A stretch of 62,904 nucleotides of DNA, the filler included, from Craspedostauros australis (lineage: Eukaryota): assembly GCA_030167865.1 (NCBI GenBank). It is 11 parts of 11 records of this genome, joined end to end, with 100 filler letters (N's around TTAATTAATTAA, not from the genome) between each part and the next. Parts side by side here need not be neighbours in the genome. Positions count along the whole stretch, not along the records: positions 1 to 8,077 come from JALAGF010004163.1; positions 8,178 to 16,547 come from JALAGF010004165.1; 9 more parts are not named here. One strand, written 5' to 3'. Position numbers and translations under genes: made by a program. Below, piece after piece: positions 1 through 12,955 of this stretch. The notes beneath the pieces were generated by a model. It had not been told where the DNA came from and did no database searches. It worked only from the letters and a program-made list of their open reading frames with translations. Numbering within the stretch: position 1 is the stretch's first letter; each line of letters opens with the position of its first letter.

Positions 1-1922
1 GGCACCCTGTGCTCTGCAGCGATACGTGAACAATCACGTCCTCGCAACCATACCAGTACAACACGATGCGAGATGATCAGTGCTATTCGAATGACAATCA
101 TCTTGCTGCTGCAACACACAAGTGCGGAAGTGTCTCAACGAAACACTACATCGATGGCAACTGGTTTGTAACCTGAATAGAGTGCAAGCAGAGCAGGGTG
201 GAGTAGAGTATTGGAGGAGGAGAGGAGTAGCTATCAGTGCGACAATGCACAAATGCACCTCTCCTGGCTTGTGACTGTCGCAGTGGTTTGTTGGCGACGT
301 GGCAGTGGCCAACACCAATGATTCGCTTCTATTTTGTGACGACAGCGGGAGCATGTGCTGTGTGTGGGAGAAGGTTGGCGGAGTTGTGTGTTTGTGTGAT
401 TCTGCTCCTCGTGGGGTGTTGTGTGGTGTGTTGTTTGGGGCACAGAGATGGACAAACTCGTACCACGGAGAACACATGCTCTGTCGCCTCTCCGAAATCG
501 AAGAACACTGCCCGCGACCAATGAACTTGTGTTCAAGGAGGCATAATTGAAGTTCGCCAAACACTGTCGTTGGCGCAAAATGTACCGCAACCGGACGCGG
601 CGAATGACACAGAAACGAGACAACAAGCACATGCTTTTGACTCTGCGCCAGGATGCTGTATGAGGCCAGCGCACAACAGAAATGGCTCAAAACCACCACC
701 AAATCATGCATGACGAAAGCCATGGCAACGCAGTGGAGTCGGCATCGGTGGTGTATTGCTTCAAAACATGCATCACAATGTATTCGTTGACAGGAGGATG
801 ATCAGGAACCACGAGCAGTTGATTCCTCTATTTGTGTTGGCGATTTGCGTGGATGGAACAGAGACACCAAATGCATGAGTGTGTGTATCGTGCCTGCCGG
901 ATGGCAACGCAAGCGAGTCCAACACCGAGAACCATTCGGCGCTGTGTGAAGGACACGAACGACGCAGAAATCAGCGACGAACCAAGCCGCCACAACAGGC
1001 GCCACCAAAACCAAGGAGCACAAACGCCGACAAAAGGAAGAAGGACGACAAACGCGAGCTCTGCTTGTTCGAAATCAGCTGTGTGGAACTCGCGTAGAAA
1101 TACTATCGATACTACTTGCGTTGAACTGCATTTTCGCAATAGTGTTGGTCATTTTAGTCCGACGTTGGGGAAGAAATCCGTGAACAAATGAAGAAAATAC
1201 GCTCTTTTTTTTGAGGTCCGCATATTTCCCCTGCTCCCAGGTGCGATGAATGACGATGTTGATGTTGATGTTCCGCTTTCGCTCTTGGGTCTTTCACACA
1301 TTGTTGGTTTCTCCACCATGTGTTGAGATCGTGGAAGAAATTCTTCGCGGGTCTTCGCTGAAAATATGGGAGTCGTGGTGAATTGACAAAAAGAGTCATC
1401 GCATGATCGCTATGGACTCCATTGATCACAGTGCCAAAACGACGATTTATATGTTTTCGCCCCAACTTACAGTTGTCACAGAAGTCTTGATCCACACGAT
1501 CACGATGTCCACGATTGGACTTGAAGGACCGCAGTGTGTTGGAAGGCATCGTCTGACATGCTGTACGTCTTCATCCTCTGTGGTTGCGGCTTCGTCTTGT
1601 GAACCACAGCCGAAGCGACACAGAGCCGATGTTGCGAGCGGCAAGATGAAACAACAAGCGGGCACCATGGCGCCGCTGTTGTTGTTGTGGCTGCGCTTGG
1701 ATCCATCGGTTGTTTTGTTTCTTGTCTGCCGCATCCAACCATTCAACCACTCAAGCACTCAAGAAACCAAGGACTCAACCACTTGGCCACACCTGTGTGC
1801 AAGCTGATCTGCATCTGTATCCTCACCCAGTCCAAGGTAACAACCCAACTAAAGGCAAGGCCAACTGAAGACAAGCCAAGCCAACAAGCCAAGACAGCAA
1901 GCCAAGAAAGAAAGACAGCAAG

Positions 1923-4900
1923 ATGTCATCATCCGCGTTCGTGAACCGACCGGAACTGGCGCTGCGGCGCGCGATGGAGCTGCAGGGCATCCAGCAGCAC
2001 GACGCCGCTCTGGTGCTGCTGCACGACGTGCTGAGCAACCGGCGCCTGCGCACGTGGTCGCTGGGGCTGGAGCAGGTCATGATGGCCTACCTGCAGCTGT
2101 GCATCGCCACCAACAAGGCGCGCGAGGCCAAGGACGGGCTGCACCAGTACCGCAACCTGAGCCAGACGCAGGCCCCGGGATCGCTGGAGAAGGTGGTGCG
2201 CTACCTCATGGACCAGGCAGAGCTCAAGTGCACCAAGGCCAAGGCCCTGGCCGACCGCATGGCCGCCGCGGAGAGCGCCGTCGACGACGACCTGGACATC
2301 GACGGCGGCGAGATGTCCTCCGCCATGTGGCTGGCCTCGCTGTCCACGGATCCCTCCGCGCAGCGCAGAGACGCCGTGCTGCTGCTGCCGGCGCTCAAGT
2401 TCCTCTGGGAGACCTACCGCGCCGTGCTAGACATCCTGCGCTCAAACTCAAAGCTAGAGCATGTCTACCATGCCGCGGCCATGGGGGCCCTGCGCTTCTG
2501 TCGCGACTACCAGAGACGCAACGAGTTCCGTCGCCTCTGTGACATGCTGCGTGTGCACTTTGGCCTTCTCCAGAAGTACGGAAACATCGCTCCAGTTGAT
2601 GGAGAGGACGTCAAGCCGAACAACAAGGTCAGTATGTGTTGTACATTGCGTTGTCCATTGCTTTGTCCATTGCTTTGTCCATTGCGTGCATTGTCCGGTC
2701 TTGACTCCTTGTGAGTTGTGGTGTACTGAGACTTGGACAGCATTCTCATCCATTCCATATCCTGCCATGGTAACCCATTCTCACAACCAAATCAACATCC
2801 ACCCACTCACACCACACACACACAATCAACACATAATACAATCCATTGTAGGTCCGAGGATGGGAAGGATGGACCATCGAGGCCGTCGAGCTGCACCTGC
2901 AAACTCGCTTTGCGCAGCTGGACACGGCATCCACCCTGCACCTCTACACGGAGGGATTTCGCACGGTGGAGGACATCTACAACATCCTGCAGATCTCGCA
3001 CGAACGTCGCAAGGTCGACCCCACCGTCCCACCGCCAAAGGCAAAGCTCATGGCCACCTACTACGAAAAGCTCAGCACGCTCTTCTGGGTCTCGGAGAAC
3101 TACCTCTTCCATGCCTTCGCCGCCTACAAGTACTACGCCCTGCGCAAGGAGTTCAACAAGACCATGTCCTCCGAGACTGCCATGGAACAGGCCTCCGCCG
3201 TCCTCCTCGCGGCCCTCTGCATCCCAAGCTCCAAGAAGATCAAGTCGCTCTTGGGATCCAGCGGAACCGCGCAGTTCAAACAGGCCGACATCCACGACAG
3301 CGTCATGGAGGATCCAGATGACTCGCAGGCGCAGATCGAAAAGAGGGCGCGCATGGCCACCCTCCTCGGATTCCAAACGCGCAACCCAAGCCGCGAATCC
3401 CTCCTCGAGGACATCCAGAACCGCAACCTTCTCAGCCAGGTACCGCCCTACCTCCAGTCCCTCTACCAGCTTCTCGAGGAGGACAGCGACCCACTCATGC
3501 TCGTCTCCACGGCCACCCCCTTCCTGGCAGAGCTTGAGAAATCCGCGCTCCTGGCGCAGTACGTGCCGCAGCTGCGTTCCGTCATCCTCCTCAAGCTACT
3601 CATGAAGCTAGCGGATTGCTACCAGACCGTCTCCATGGCGCAGTGGGAGAAGCTCGTGTCTGGACTCGGCATGTCCCTGGAGCAGGTGGAGAAGCAGGTC
3701 GTGCTCTTCGCATCGTCCCATTCCTCACACCTCTCCGTCAAGATCGACCACAGGGCAGGATGTCTGCGTTTCGGAGGATTCGCCAAACCGCGCGTCAACT
3801 CCATGCAGTCCCAGCTCAGCATGCTCGCAGCCCAGCTCGACAACGTCTGCGCCGCACTCACGGCCAACGAACCAAATACCAAGGCAGCAGCCGCCCAACG
3901 TGCCGCTGCCCGTGCTGCGGTCTACGCCGCTCTGCGCGCCGAAGGAATGGAGGAACATGCCGCCGTCCTCGAGCGTAAGATGAACATCGAGAAGCGCAAG
4001 GAGGAGGCGGAACGTCTGGCTCAGGAGAAGGCGCGTCAGGCAGAAGCGCTCAAGAAGCGCGAGGAAGCCATGCGCAAGGCGGAGGAAGAACGCCGCATCG
4101 CCCACGAACTCCAGCTGCGCGAGAAGGAGAAGCAGCGCAAGATCGAGGAGGAGATGGAGAACCGCAGAAAGGTCCAGCTCCTGCAGGCCATGGGGCGCAA
4201 GACGGACGGTCTCACCGACGATCAGCTCTCGCAGATGAGCGCCGACAAGCTGCAGAAGGAACACCTCGAACAGCAGCAGAAGAAGAAGGACGAGGCCGAT
4301 CGCAAGACCCGCGAGGTCGCCAAGCGTCTCGATTACCTCGTGCGCGCCGTCCGCATCGAAGAGCTATCCATCATCCGAACCAGGTACGAAGAGAAGGTCG
4401 CCAAGGAACGTCAGCATTACGAGGAGGTCACCAAGGAAAAGGCCAAGCGCGCCAAGCAGGTCTGGGAGGAAGAGAAGATCGCCAAGGAGAAGCTGCGCAA
4501 GCTCGATGCCTACGTCAATGCCGTCAAGTTCCAGGAGAAGGTCATGGAAACCCGCCGTCTGCAGCACATCGTGCTGTGTGAGGAGGCCGACAAGCAGGCC
4601 GAGATCGATGCCGAACGCGCCAAGATGGACCGAGCCCGCAAACGCAAGATCGCCGAAGAGAAGCGTCAGGCTGCAGAGGAAGAACGCATCCGACGTGAGG
4701 AAGAGGAACGCATCGCCGCAGAAGAACAGCGCAAGAAGGAAGAAGCCAAACGCCAGAAGCAGCTCGAAGAAGAAGAACGCCGCAAGGCAGAGGCCGCCCG
4801 CATGGAAGAGGAGCGGCAGCGCAGAGACAAGGAAACCGCATCGCGTGGACGCGGTGGCGGATCGTCCCTGTCCCAGATGTCCGGCAGAGGCGGCGGCGGC

Positions 4901-5323
4901 GGCCGTTACATGCCACCCAGTCGACGTGATGAAGGTGACCAACGTGGCAGAGGCGGCGGAGGCAACCGCTACGTCCCACCAGGCGGTGGTGGCGGCAGCC
5001 GTTTCCCAGACTCTGGCGGCAACAGGTACGCTGGAGGTGGTCGTTATGAAGGTCGCCGTGACAACCGTGATGACCGTCGCGGTGGATACGGCGACAACCG
5101 TGATGATCGCCGTGGCGGATATGGTGGCGACCGTGACGATCGTCGTGGTGGATATGGCGACAACCGTGATGATCGTCGCGGTGGATATGGTGGCGACCGT
5201 GATGACCGTCGCGGTGGATATGGCGACAACCGTGATGATCGCCGTGGTGGATATGGTGGCGACCGTGACCGTGATGACCGCCGTGGCGGCAGCAGCGGCG
5301 GTGGTGGCGGATGGAGACGCTAA
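1923..5323 (+). CDS. EIF3A: Eukaryotic translation initiation factor 3 subunit A; 2 exons (1923-2627, 2852-5323), about 1058 aa
   Basis: N-terminus RPELALRRAMEL...AKDGLHQYRN, FLWETYRAVLDILRSNSKLE and EFRRLCDMLR are typical of eIF3a. A phase-0 intron 2628-2851 (GTCAGT...TAG) joins the frames into ...HLQTRFAQLD...EGFRTVEDI. A coiled-coil region and an RG/RD-repeat tail follow. Confidence 0.95.
5059..5290 (+). repeat. Coding 33-bp tandem repeat, alternating DNRDDRRGGYG / GDRDDRRGGYG, in the eIF3a C-terminus
   Basis: About 6-7 units directly visible in DNA and translation. Confidence 0.9.
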
Positions 5324-5668
5324 GTGCGTCGGTGTCTGCGAAGTACTACTCGTATTGCGTCTTGGCAATGCCAGCAGCAGCAACAACAGCCATAACCACA
5401 ACAACAACAACAACAATGCCATTAAGCAAAGCAAAACAAATTGAACACAACAACTCTCGGAGTGGAGTTGGGTGGTTGGGCTGTGTTGTGAGTATTGCTT
5501 CGTCTCGAGAGAGTCGAGTCACACAATAGCCTCAATTGCTCTCATCAATACCAAGACCTGGTCTCTCTAGAATATGCACTATTATTCCACTCTGGATCAG
5601 CATACGTATGTGTAATTCCACCGAACAATTCGATTCAATCCAATCCAATCCAGTTGGCATCACCTTTC

Positions 5669-7405
5669 TCATGCACCCTTGTCATGCAACTTGCTCATGC
5701 GCGAACTCATGTCACCCCACTGCGGCACGCCTCCCAACGGCGGATGCCCGATCTTATCCTTCTCGGCCGTCCAGTTGTCCATGTCCATGCCCATCTTGAA
5801 CTTCTCGTTGGCCTTGCACAGCGTGTGGAACCAGTAGTTCTTGGGCGAGTGCTTCGCGTACCTGGGAGACAGGCAATCTCCTGGTGGCATGGGACCCAAC
5901 CACGGCTTCGTCTTGCCCGTGAAGTGGCTGTAGCTGACGTAGGGACGGTTGTCGCTGATGGTGTGGCGGCGCCATTTGGGTTCGTTGTAGGGTGGCGGCA
6001 GGGAGTTGAGGGCCTTGTGCATCTGCGTCTGCATGTACTTGATGCCGTCGCTGTTGGTGGACCAGTTCTGAATGCGCTGGCCGATGACGAGGCTGGCCTC
6101 GCGCTTGGCGTACTTGGCCCAGTAGTAGAGCAGTCCCTGATCGGCGTGGCTGCTCCAGTACCGCCACTGCGTGCCGTTCTGCTGGATGGCCTCCCACTTG
6201 TCGCCGGCCTCGCGGAAGTTGTGACCCCAGCCGTTGATCCAGTCGAACTTGGGGTGCTTGAAGTCGCGCACGGACTCGATCTGGCGCTCGCGGATGTCCT
6301 GGCACTCCTCGTACTCGCCGTAGCCGGGGCGCATGAGCATGAAGCCGGCGTTGGCGGGTTCGCCGCGCGTCGCGACGATGAGGGTGTCCTTGAGGGTGCT
6401 GTTGGGTCCCTGGTCGGACAGCTCGAATATGTAGTCGAGATTCTCGAGCGGGATGACGTCGGAGTCGAGGAAGAGGACGCGGCGGTACTGCACGAGGAGG
6501 AGAATCTGGAACTTCTCGAAGATGACGTCGTAGAAGGAGGTGGTCTCGCCCGGTGGGATCTTGGGGAGGTAATGGATGTGCACGTCGAGCTGCTCCAGGG
6601 TGCGCATGTCTTCCTCGGGCAGCACCTCGAGGTCCGATTCCGCGACGAACTGGCAGAAGAGGACGATGTCCGCCTTCGAGTTCTCCAACCGCAGCGCCTC
6701 CGTGGCCACGACGACGTTGAGCAAGAAGCCGCGATACCTGGGGTCCTTCTCGTTGATGCCGCCCACCAAGAAGACGTAGGCGTAGGGAGACTTGGCTCCC
6801 GGGATGATGATGCTGTCGTACTTGGTGCTGTCGGGGTTAGGTGGAACGCCGATGGTGGGCCTCGTATCGACCTTAACATTGGCATGGCCATTGGCGTTCC
6901 CGTTGCTGATGGCACGCACCTGAACGACAGCATCAGAATGGGCATTCGAAATTGAATGCACGGCAGCTGACTGCACGGCAGATGACCTGAGATTGCCCGT
7001 GGCGTCCATCTTCGCAGCAGTAAGAGCAGCGTTTGTGGGGGAATCACCTCCGACGAAAGCCTCGAAGGTGACCATCTGAATGGAAGTCTGGTTGACGACA
7101 TGATCCATGGATCTCGAGGCCGAATACGCAAAGATGACAATGGCCGTGCCCATGGCCAGCGCGGCGAACTGCAGGGCCGTGTCGCTCCTCTTGCGCTTGT
7201 TCTTCTTGGACTTCATCCTTGCCTTCGTTCTTGTCTTGGCTTTGGATGCTTCTTTGCTGTTGCCGCTTTTGCTGTTCTTGCTACTGCTGATACTGCTCCC
7301 CATATTGCTACTACTGCCTATATTGCCAATATTGCCAATACTGCCTCTAGTGCTATCCGTCGCCTTTGATGATCCATCCTCTAACATGATCACGCCCGAT
7401 TTCAT
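5669..7405 (-). CDS. Glycosyltransferase family 8 (glycogenin-like), probable type II membrane protein
   Basis: YRRVLFLDSDVIPLENLDYIF (DxD), NAGFMLMRP, ADQGLL and HFTGKTKPW motifs. An N-terminal basic stretch precedes a hydrophobic helix (FAALAMGTAIVIFAY). Confidence 0.85.
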   Translation of the reverse strand: MKSGVIMLEDGSSKATDSTRGSIGNIGNIGSSSNMGSSISSSKNSKSGNSKEASKAKTRTKARMKSKKNKRKRSDTALQFAALAMGTAIVIFAYSASRSMDHVVNQTSIQMVTFEAFVGGDSPTNAALTAAKMDATGNLRSSAVQSAAVHSISNAHSDAVVQVRAISNGNANGHANVKVDTRPTIGVPPNPDSTKYDSIIIPGAKSPYAYVFLVGGINEKDPRYRGFLLNVVVATEALRLENSKADIVLFCQFVAESDLEVLPEEDMRTLEQLDVHIHYLPKIPPGETTSFYDVIFEKFQILLLVQYRRVLFLDSDVIPLENLDYIFELSDQGPNSTLKDTLIVATRGEPANAGFMLMRPGYGEYEECQDIRERQIESVRDFKHPKFDWINGWGHNFREAGDKWEAIQQNGTQWRYWSSHADQGLLYYWAKYAKREASLVIGQRIQNWSTNSDGIKYMQTQMHKALNSLPPPYNEPKWRRHTISDNRPYVSYSHFTGKTKPWLGPMPPGDCLSPRYAKHSPKNYWFHTLCKANEKFKMGMDMDNWTAEKDKIGHPPLGGVPQWGDMSSRMSKLHDKGA

Positions 7406-7493
7406 CGATTGGTCACTTATTGATTGCTGAGGAGTGGCTGTGCTGTAAACGATCTACTCTGCGTTATCACCCAGCGAGCATAATACTTGCCAG

Positions 7494-7512
7494 TCTCTCT
7501 CTCTCTCTCTCT
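7494..7512. repeat. (TC)n microsatellite
   Basis: Direct sequence. Confidence 0.85.
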
Positions 7513-8077
7513 GACATCCCTCGCACAAAGTTAGTGCTCATGGATTTGTGAACAATGCCATCAACCAGTGAGAATGGAGACAATGGCACCGACCGCCATG
7601 GTCAACGCCAATTTTCTCACGTTCTGTGTTGCGAAGTCTTGTCAACGGTCAAGCACGTTTCGAGCAACAAAGGGCTTTTTCAGTGCCTTGCTATGCAAGA
7701 ACAAAGCTAGAAACCAGTTGGGACAGACTAGCTCCGGGACTGACTCGGGAATTGACTGTCCATTCCGCGTACACGGTACTCGGTACCCAATACCGATACT
7801 GTGATGAAAGGCTACCACACCCACGATGTGTAGTTGAACTGCAATCCTTGCGTTGCTCGCCCTCCAGCTCATGCACCCCTGCCACCTGTCCACCTCGTCA
7901 CCCTGCCGAACATGCATTTGTATTGAAGCATATCCATGCGGATGGATCAGCTACCGCTCTACGGGTGATGATACTGGAAGACTGTGTGTGTGGAGGATCA
8001 CCACGGCATGCTGCTGCGCAACAAAGAACGGCTGAAGTACGACAGCACGAACCCCACCTTTTTACTCGATCGTCCTA

Positions 8078-8177
8078 NNNNNNNNNNNNNNNNNNNNNNN
8101 NNNNNNNNNNNNNNNNNNNNNTTAATTAATTAANNNNNNNNNNNNNNNNNNNNNNNNNNNNNNNNNNNNNNNNNNNN
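8078..8177. other. Artificial contig linker (44 N + TTAATTAATTAA + 44 N)
   Basis: Six-frame-stop spacer flanked by Ns; identical at ten positions in the window. Confidence 0.98.
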
Positions 8178-11100
8178 TGCATCTCCTTAATACCCGCTTC
8201 GTAACGCTCGATCGCTTTCTTACCTCTCTTCTTCAGGAAGCTCTCTTCCGCCTCCAGCAGCGTAATGTAGTGCGAGCAGTTTGGATTGCCTTTCTTCTTC
8301 CACCTCTTCAATATCTTCATGAACTTGCGGGCGTGCTTGGTGTAGTACGATGGTTTGCATTCGTGGGCCATGCACAAGCAGCAAAACGCACATCGGAATA
8401 GTATTGGATACAGCAGACCACTGGATGGCATTTCTTTGAGCCACTCGAGGCCGGATTGGATTGCGATCTGAGATCCCAGCTCATACTCACCAAAGCATGT
8501 CGCAAGGTACAGCTGGAAAATGCTCTTCATCCGATTCTGCGCGCTTTTCATTGAATGGTCGTCCTCGTACACCTCCTTTGTTTCATCGTATGCATCCCCA
8601 ATAAGTTTCGTCGTGTGGTTGGAGGCACCTCGAAGGTTCAAGACGGCCTGCCAGATGATCAAAGATAAATGATATTGAGCGTTTTGCTGGTAGTCTCTCA
8701 TTGTGTTGGTATGCAACAACGCCTCGTTGTCAAGCGGGGCGAGCGGCTTCCCTACCAGCGTACCTGTCGCAAGGCGAGCGTACAAGCTCCAAGTTGCTGA
8801 TTCCACATCGCCAGTCGACATTCCTATTCTGGACACCTCCACAACTGCCTCAAGAGAATCCTCAAGCGGATGCCTCCACGGGTACAGCAATGTGTGGTAG
8901 AACAGTTGAATCTTCGCATCCAGACTGCGATCATCCGATGCCTTGGCAATCCTGATGGCCAGCCTCCCGCATCTATATGCCAAGTCAATATCCTCGAGAA
9001 GGAAAGCAACGAGAATACCCTGAAAGGCTAAAGTGGGTGCGGAATATATCGTGATTCCTTGCTTCGAGCTCACCTTCAATGCTTTCGCTGTGATCACAGG
9101 GATCAACTCTGGGGCATTCACGTATGATGTCATGCTCAACTTGTCCAATGTCTTCATGATGGCTTGGTGATGCTCGTCATTCGACAACGAGAGGCTGTGC
9201 TCCATCTCTGCTTCCAACCGTCGGATTGTGCTCTTCGCTCTCATCAAGCCTCGGAGGATGTACATCGCTCGACCAAGGCTCGATGTCGGAAAAGTGCAAC
9301 CAAGCTGCGACAGCAGGTCCAGGCACCTATCCACAGGCCCTTCTCCGCTGGTACCATTCGTTTCAGCAGAGGCCACACCAATCAGCACGTGGTGTGCTCG
9401 CACTTTCATCAGCATGTCGCAGTCCTGATTGATGATGATCTTGCAGTACGATTGTGCCTTGGCGAAGCTGGTGGTCATGAAATGGATCTCTGCTGCCGAT
9501 GAATACAGCTCGAGGCTCTGTTCCGATGAGGTTTCCCAGTGATCATCTGGAAGGAGATTGATCGCCATGTCGAAGTATGAAGATGCCAGATGGAAGGCTG
9601 ATGCATTGGCGGCCTGTTGGCCCGCCTTGTGATTGAGCAGGATGATCTTCATGCGACGATCCAGCTTCCGATGGGTGGGCATGAGATCGGGTCTTGTGTT
9701 GAGGAGATTCGTGATCATGAAGATCTTGTCATTGAGCTCGTCATCCGACAGCGCGTACAGCAGGATCTCGCCAACACGATACTTGAGCTCCGAGAGCTGG
9801 TCTTCGGTTGGGATCATGGACAGCGCGGCTTCTTGGACCTTGTCGTGGATGAAGGAGTATTGGAGGGATTTGGATCGCTTCGTGTTGGCGTTTGCGTTTG
9901 CGGTTGCGTTTGCAGTCGTGCTCTTGTTTGTGCTGGACATCCTGCGGGAGCCATCATCGGTTGAGGTGAGGCTGCTTGTACGAGCACGTGATGATTTGAC
10001 CTTCTCGATCAATGCTTCCGAGCAGAATGTCTTGAGCATGCTCATGATCTCTGTCTCCTTCGTCATCTTGGTGACTTGGAACACCTTGCGGAAGAACTTG
10101 GAGTGACTGGAATGGATGAAGAGGCCCATGGTGACAGCGCAGACATGCGAAGCAGAGAACGTGGCTCCTAGACAAGCTGCGATGGACAGCACCCAGTGCT
10201 TGGAGGCGGACTTTCGAAGTCTCATCTTCATGAGGTCTATGATGGTGTCACCCAAAACCTCTGAGTCGGAAGTGATTGTATTGATGTCCCAGATCCAAGC
10301 TGGTGGGCGACTGGCATCGTTCGCTGCTGCTCCTGCTGTTGCTCCTGCCGACGGGAGTATGGTCTGGACGATGAGACCGTCCATGACGAGCGAGTCGAGG
10401 TACTGCTGGATGAAGAACATGTTGCCTCCAGTCTTGGCATGTACGATCTGCGCCAGCGGCATCAAGTGCGCAAGCGATGGTTCAGCTTCGGAATGGTCGG
10501 TGTCAATATGCATTTGACAGTCGGGATGATCACCTTCATCTTCCTGGTGCGAAGATACCTGAAAGAGTCGCTGTAGGTACGCAGCCACTTCATCCACGCT
10601 CAAGTCCTCAACAGAGAGCTTGATGATCCGGATGGACCGCTCTCTTTTGGATTCCTCCAATGATACCAGCGTCGCCTTGAGAGCCTGATTCACATCCAAC
10701 ATGTTGGAGCGATACAGGCCGATGATGATCAATGAGGCACTGCAGCTATCCAGCAGCCAGGACTGGATGAGATCGAGTGATGTTCGATCGGTCCACTGCA
10801 GATCATCGATGACCATCACGACTGGACAGTAGCTGCACAGTATCTGCATGAACCTGCGCAGTACGTAGGTGACTCGTTGTGTGTGGCTCTTGTAGTCGAT
10901 GGAAGATCTTCCCCCTGCAGAAAGGCTGAAGGTTGAGACAGAGATAGACTCGTTGTGGACATCTTGGTGTGATGTGGACGGGTTGGATGATTTTGCGAGC
11001 CCGACGTTGATACCTCCACCAACCTGCTGGGATGGTGTCACTGTTTTTATCATCTCGATGTTTGGGATGACGTGAGAAAGCAGTTCCGTCTCCGTTGCTG

Positions 11101-11788
11101 TCAATCCTTTCGACACCAACGATGCAAGCGTCTCTTGCTTGACTTCGGAGCCCTGCCTGCTTGGATGACAGTCTGTTGAGGTGTCGAGTTCTTCCTGAAT
11201 CCTGCCGGCCACTTGCTCACAGAGTTCCATCATGGCTGGTTGGATGCCGGAGTACGGGACGCCCTCCTTCTTGGTCGATAGTTCACATTTTCCTGTCGCG
11301 AAGAAGCCACGAAAGGGTGTGTTCGTATCCACACCACCATGGTTGCCCTCGTGTGGATTATCGAGGCTGTCCGTGCGGCCCAGCAGACGTTTGCGCGCTT
11401 CCTCGATGAGGGCCGACTTGCCGCTTCCCGATTGGCCAGAGACCAACACCAAGGATCGGATCTGGGCTCGGATACCATCTGGTGATGGTGATATTGTTGC
11501 TAGTTCTGAAGATGTGAGGTCGCCATTGTCCACATGGTTGCTGCTGCCGCTGGTGCTGCTCCCACTGATGCTGCGAGTGGTGGTCCGGCTGAGTGTGGAC
11601 GTGGGCCCATTGACATGACCAATGCTTGAAGCAGCTTCCTTGGTTGGAAATGGGTTCTTCGTTGCCTTGGGCTGGTGTCGGATCGCGTTGAGGAGAACCC
11701 GGACTTCTTTGTCCCGTCCCACGAGGCCAACCTTCTCGAACGCAAGGCGCGGTGTCGTGGGCATTGCCGATGTCGATGTCGATGTCAT
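8178..11788 (-). CDS. STAND-class AAA_16 ATPase with helical/TPR-like C-terminus (COG3899-like), copy A; 3' end cut by the contig edge
   Basis: LVGRDKEV, Walker A GQSGSGKS, Walker B VVMVIDDLQWTD, KTGGNMFFI and YSFIHDKVQEAA. Likely ATG at 11788, shared with copy C. No introns. Confidence 0.85.
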
Positions 11789-12955
11789 GATGGTTGATGT
11801 TGATGATTGTGACGTTCGAGAAATTGATCCAATTCGTATGTCGATTTTAAGTTTCAATATTGCCGAAGTGCCGAGTGCCACAGGTTGTATTGTAGGTCGT
11901 ACATTGATGGGAGCAATGGCACTCTTGCTGTATTTTGTGCGGAAGCCATGACCAGAGAGGGTCCACGGAGGAATCCTTGCGGAAGCCACAGAGAACGGCG
12001 CTTGCTCCGCATCTTGTCGGAGGGTAGCCTGGTTGGTTTAACCGAAGTTCCCTGAAATCGCTGCCCGTGGGTATCAACTTCCGCGTTGTTGATACGTCTC
12101 GTCCTCTCTCTGGCCATCCACCACCAAGGCGGGAGTTTCGAAGCCAGTGACGTCAGTGGGCACATTGGTGTGGATGAAAGCAACGCTGTCAGGCAACTTG
12201 GAGTGATGGTCATCACTTCGTCAAGGGGTGGCGCGAGACAAGATGCCCTCTGTCCGTGTCGAAATGTCTCGGACTGGTGCCTCACGAGCAAAAACTGTGG
12301 AAACCAGAATCAACACGCGATTACGCATGTGTTTTGATCGTGCACACGAGGATTCGCCGAGTCATCTTGGATCAACACGTGCTTCACTCTAATTATCTCG
12401 CGACACAAACATGCCACCAAGTTCACGCTATTTTTATCACCACACCCTTGACACTTCCATGCACAGCAAGGGTGTGTGTTGTGGAGTCTTGATTGATCTT
12501 GTCACAATGGACAAAAGAGACATCACGACCAACCGAATCGCAAGTAACAATAGATAATTCGCGAATGTGCGCAAGATTGATTCCCGGGAGTACCGGTACG
12601 CATGTTGTATGCCTTCGAGTGAAGATCCGGCTCACACAAATGAAAACGCCAAGTCTGTGGCCAGCGTTCGAACAAACCAAGAACAAAAGCACCACCCCAT
12701 CAACCCCTGCGGCAGAAGAAACTGCGGCCCACGACGTCTCGTGGTCCGCTCGCACCATGGCTCGACGCTCGTCCAATTCTGCGACTCTGTTGGACTGTTT
12801 GCAGCAGCGTGTCAACCCAATAGATTCAACATCTGAACTCGTGTTGATGGTATAGCGTCTTTTAATACGATTAACTGCAGACTGCTATGATGAAACTGTG
12901 CGGTTTCGAGCCTCTCTGGATGTAATGCAATCCTCGCCGTCCCGTTCCGCACGTT

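Noticed and set aside
1..1900. Short ORFs upstream of eIF3a
   Set aside because: No recognisable motifs or coding bias; possibly degenerate repeat DNA, but I cannot support a call.
5495..6955. Long alternative ORFs such as 5495-6955 (+), 4364-5434 (-), 28161-29339 (-), 30062-31027 (+), 31934-33091 (+) and 46189-47229 (-)
   Set aside because: Antisense shadows of GC3-rich or repetitive real genes; no motifs of their own.
8122..8133. TTAATTAATTAA as a biological motif (piggyBac target site or CRISPR-like repeat)
   Set aside because: Always embedded in N44 runs; a standard six-frame-stop spacer.
11789..11989. N-terminal extensions in the ORF track for STAND copies A and C, the oxidoreductase (to 45279) and fibrillin (to 51918)
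   Set aside because: They begin at non-ATG codons; in the STAND and fibrillin cases they are not conserved between copies (frame-breaking indels).
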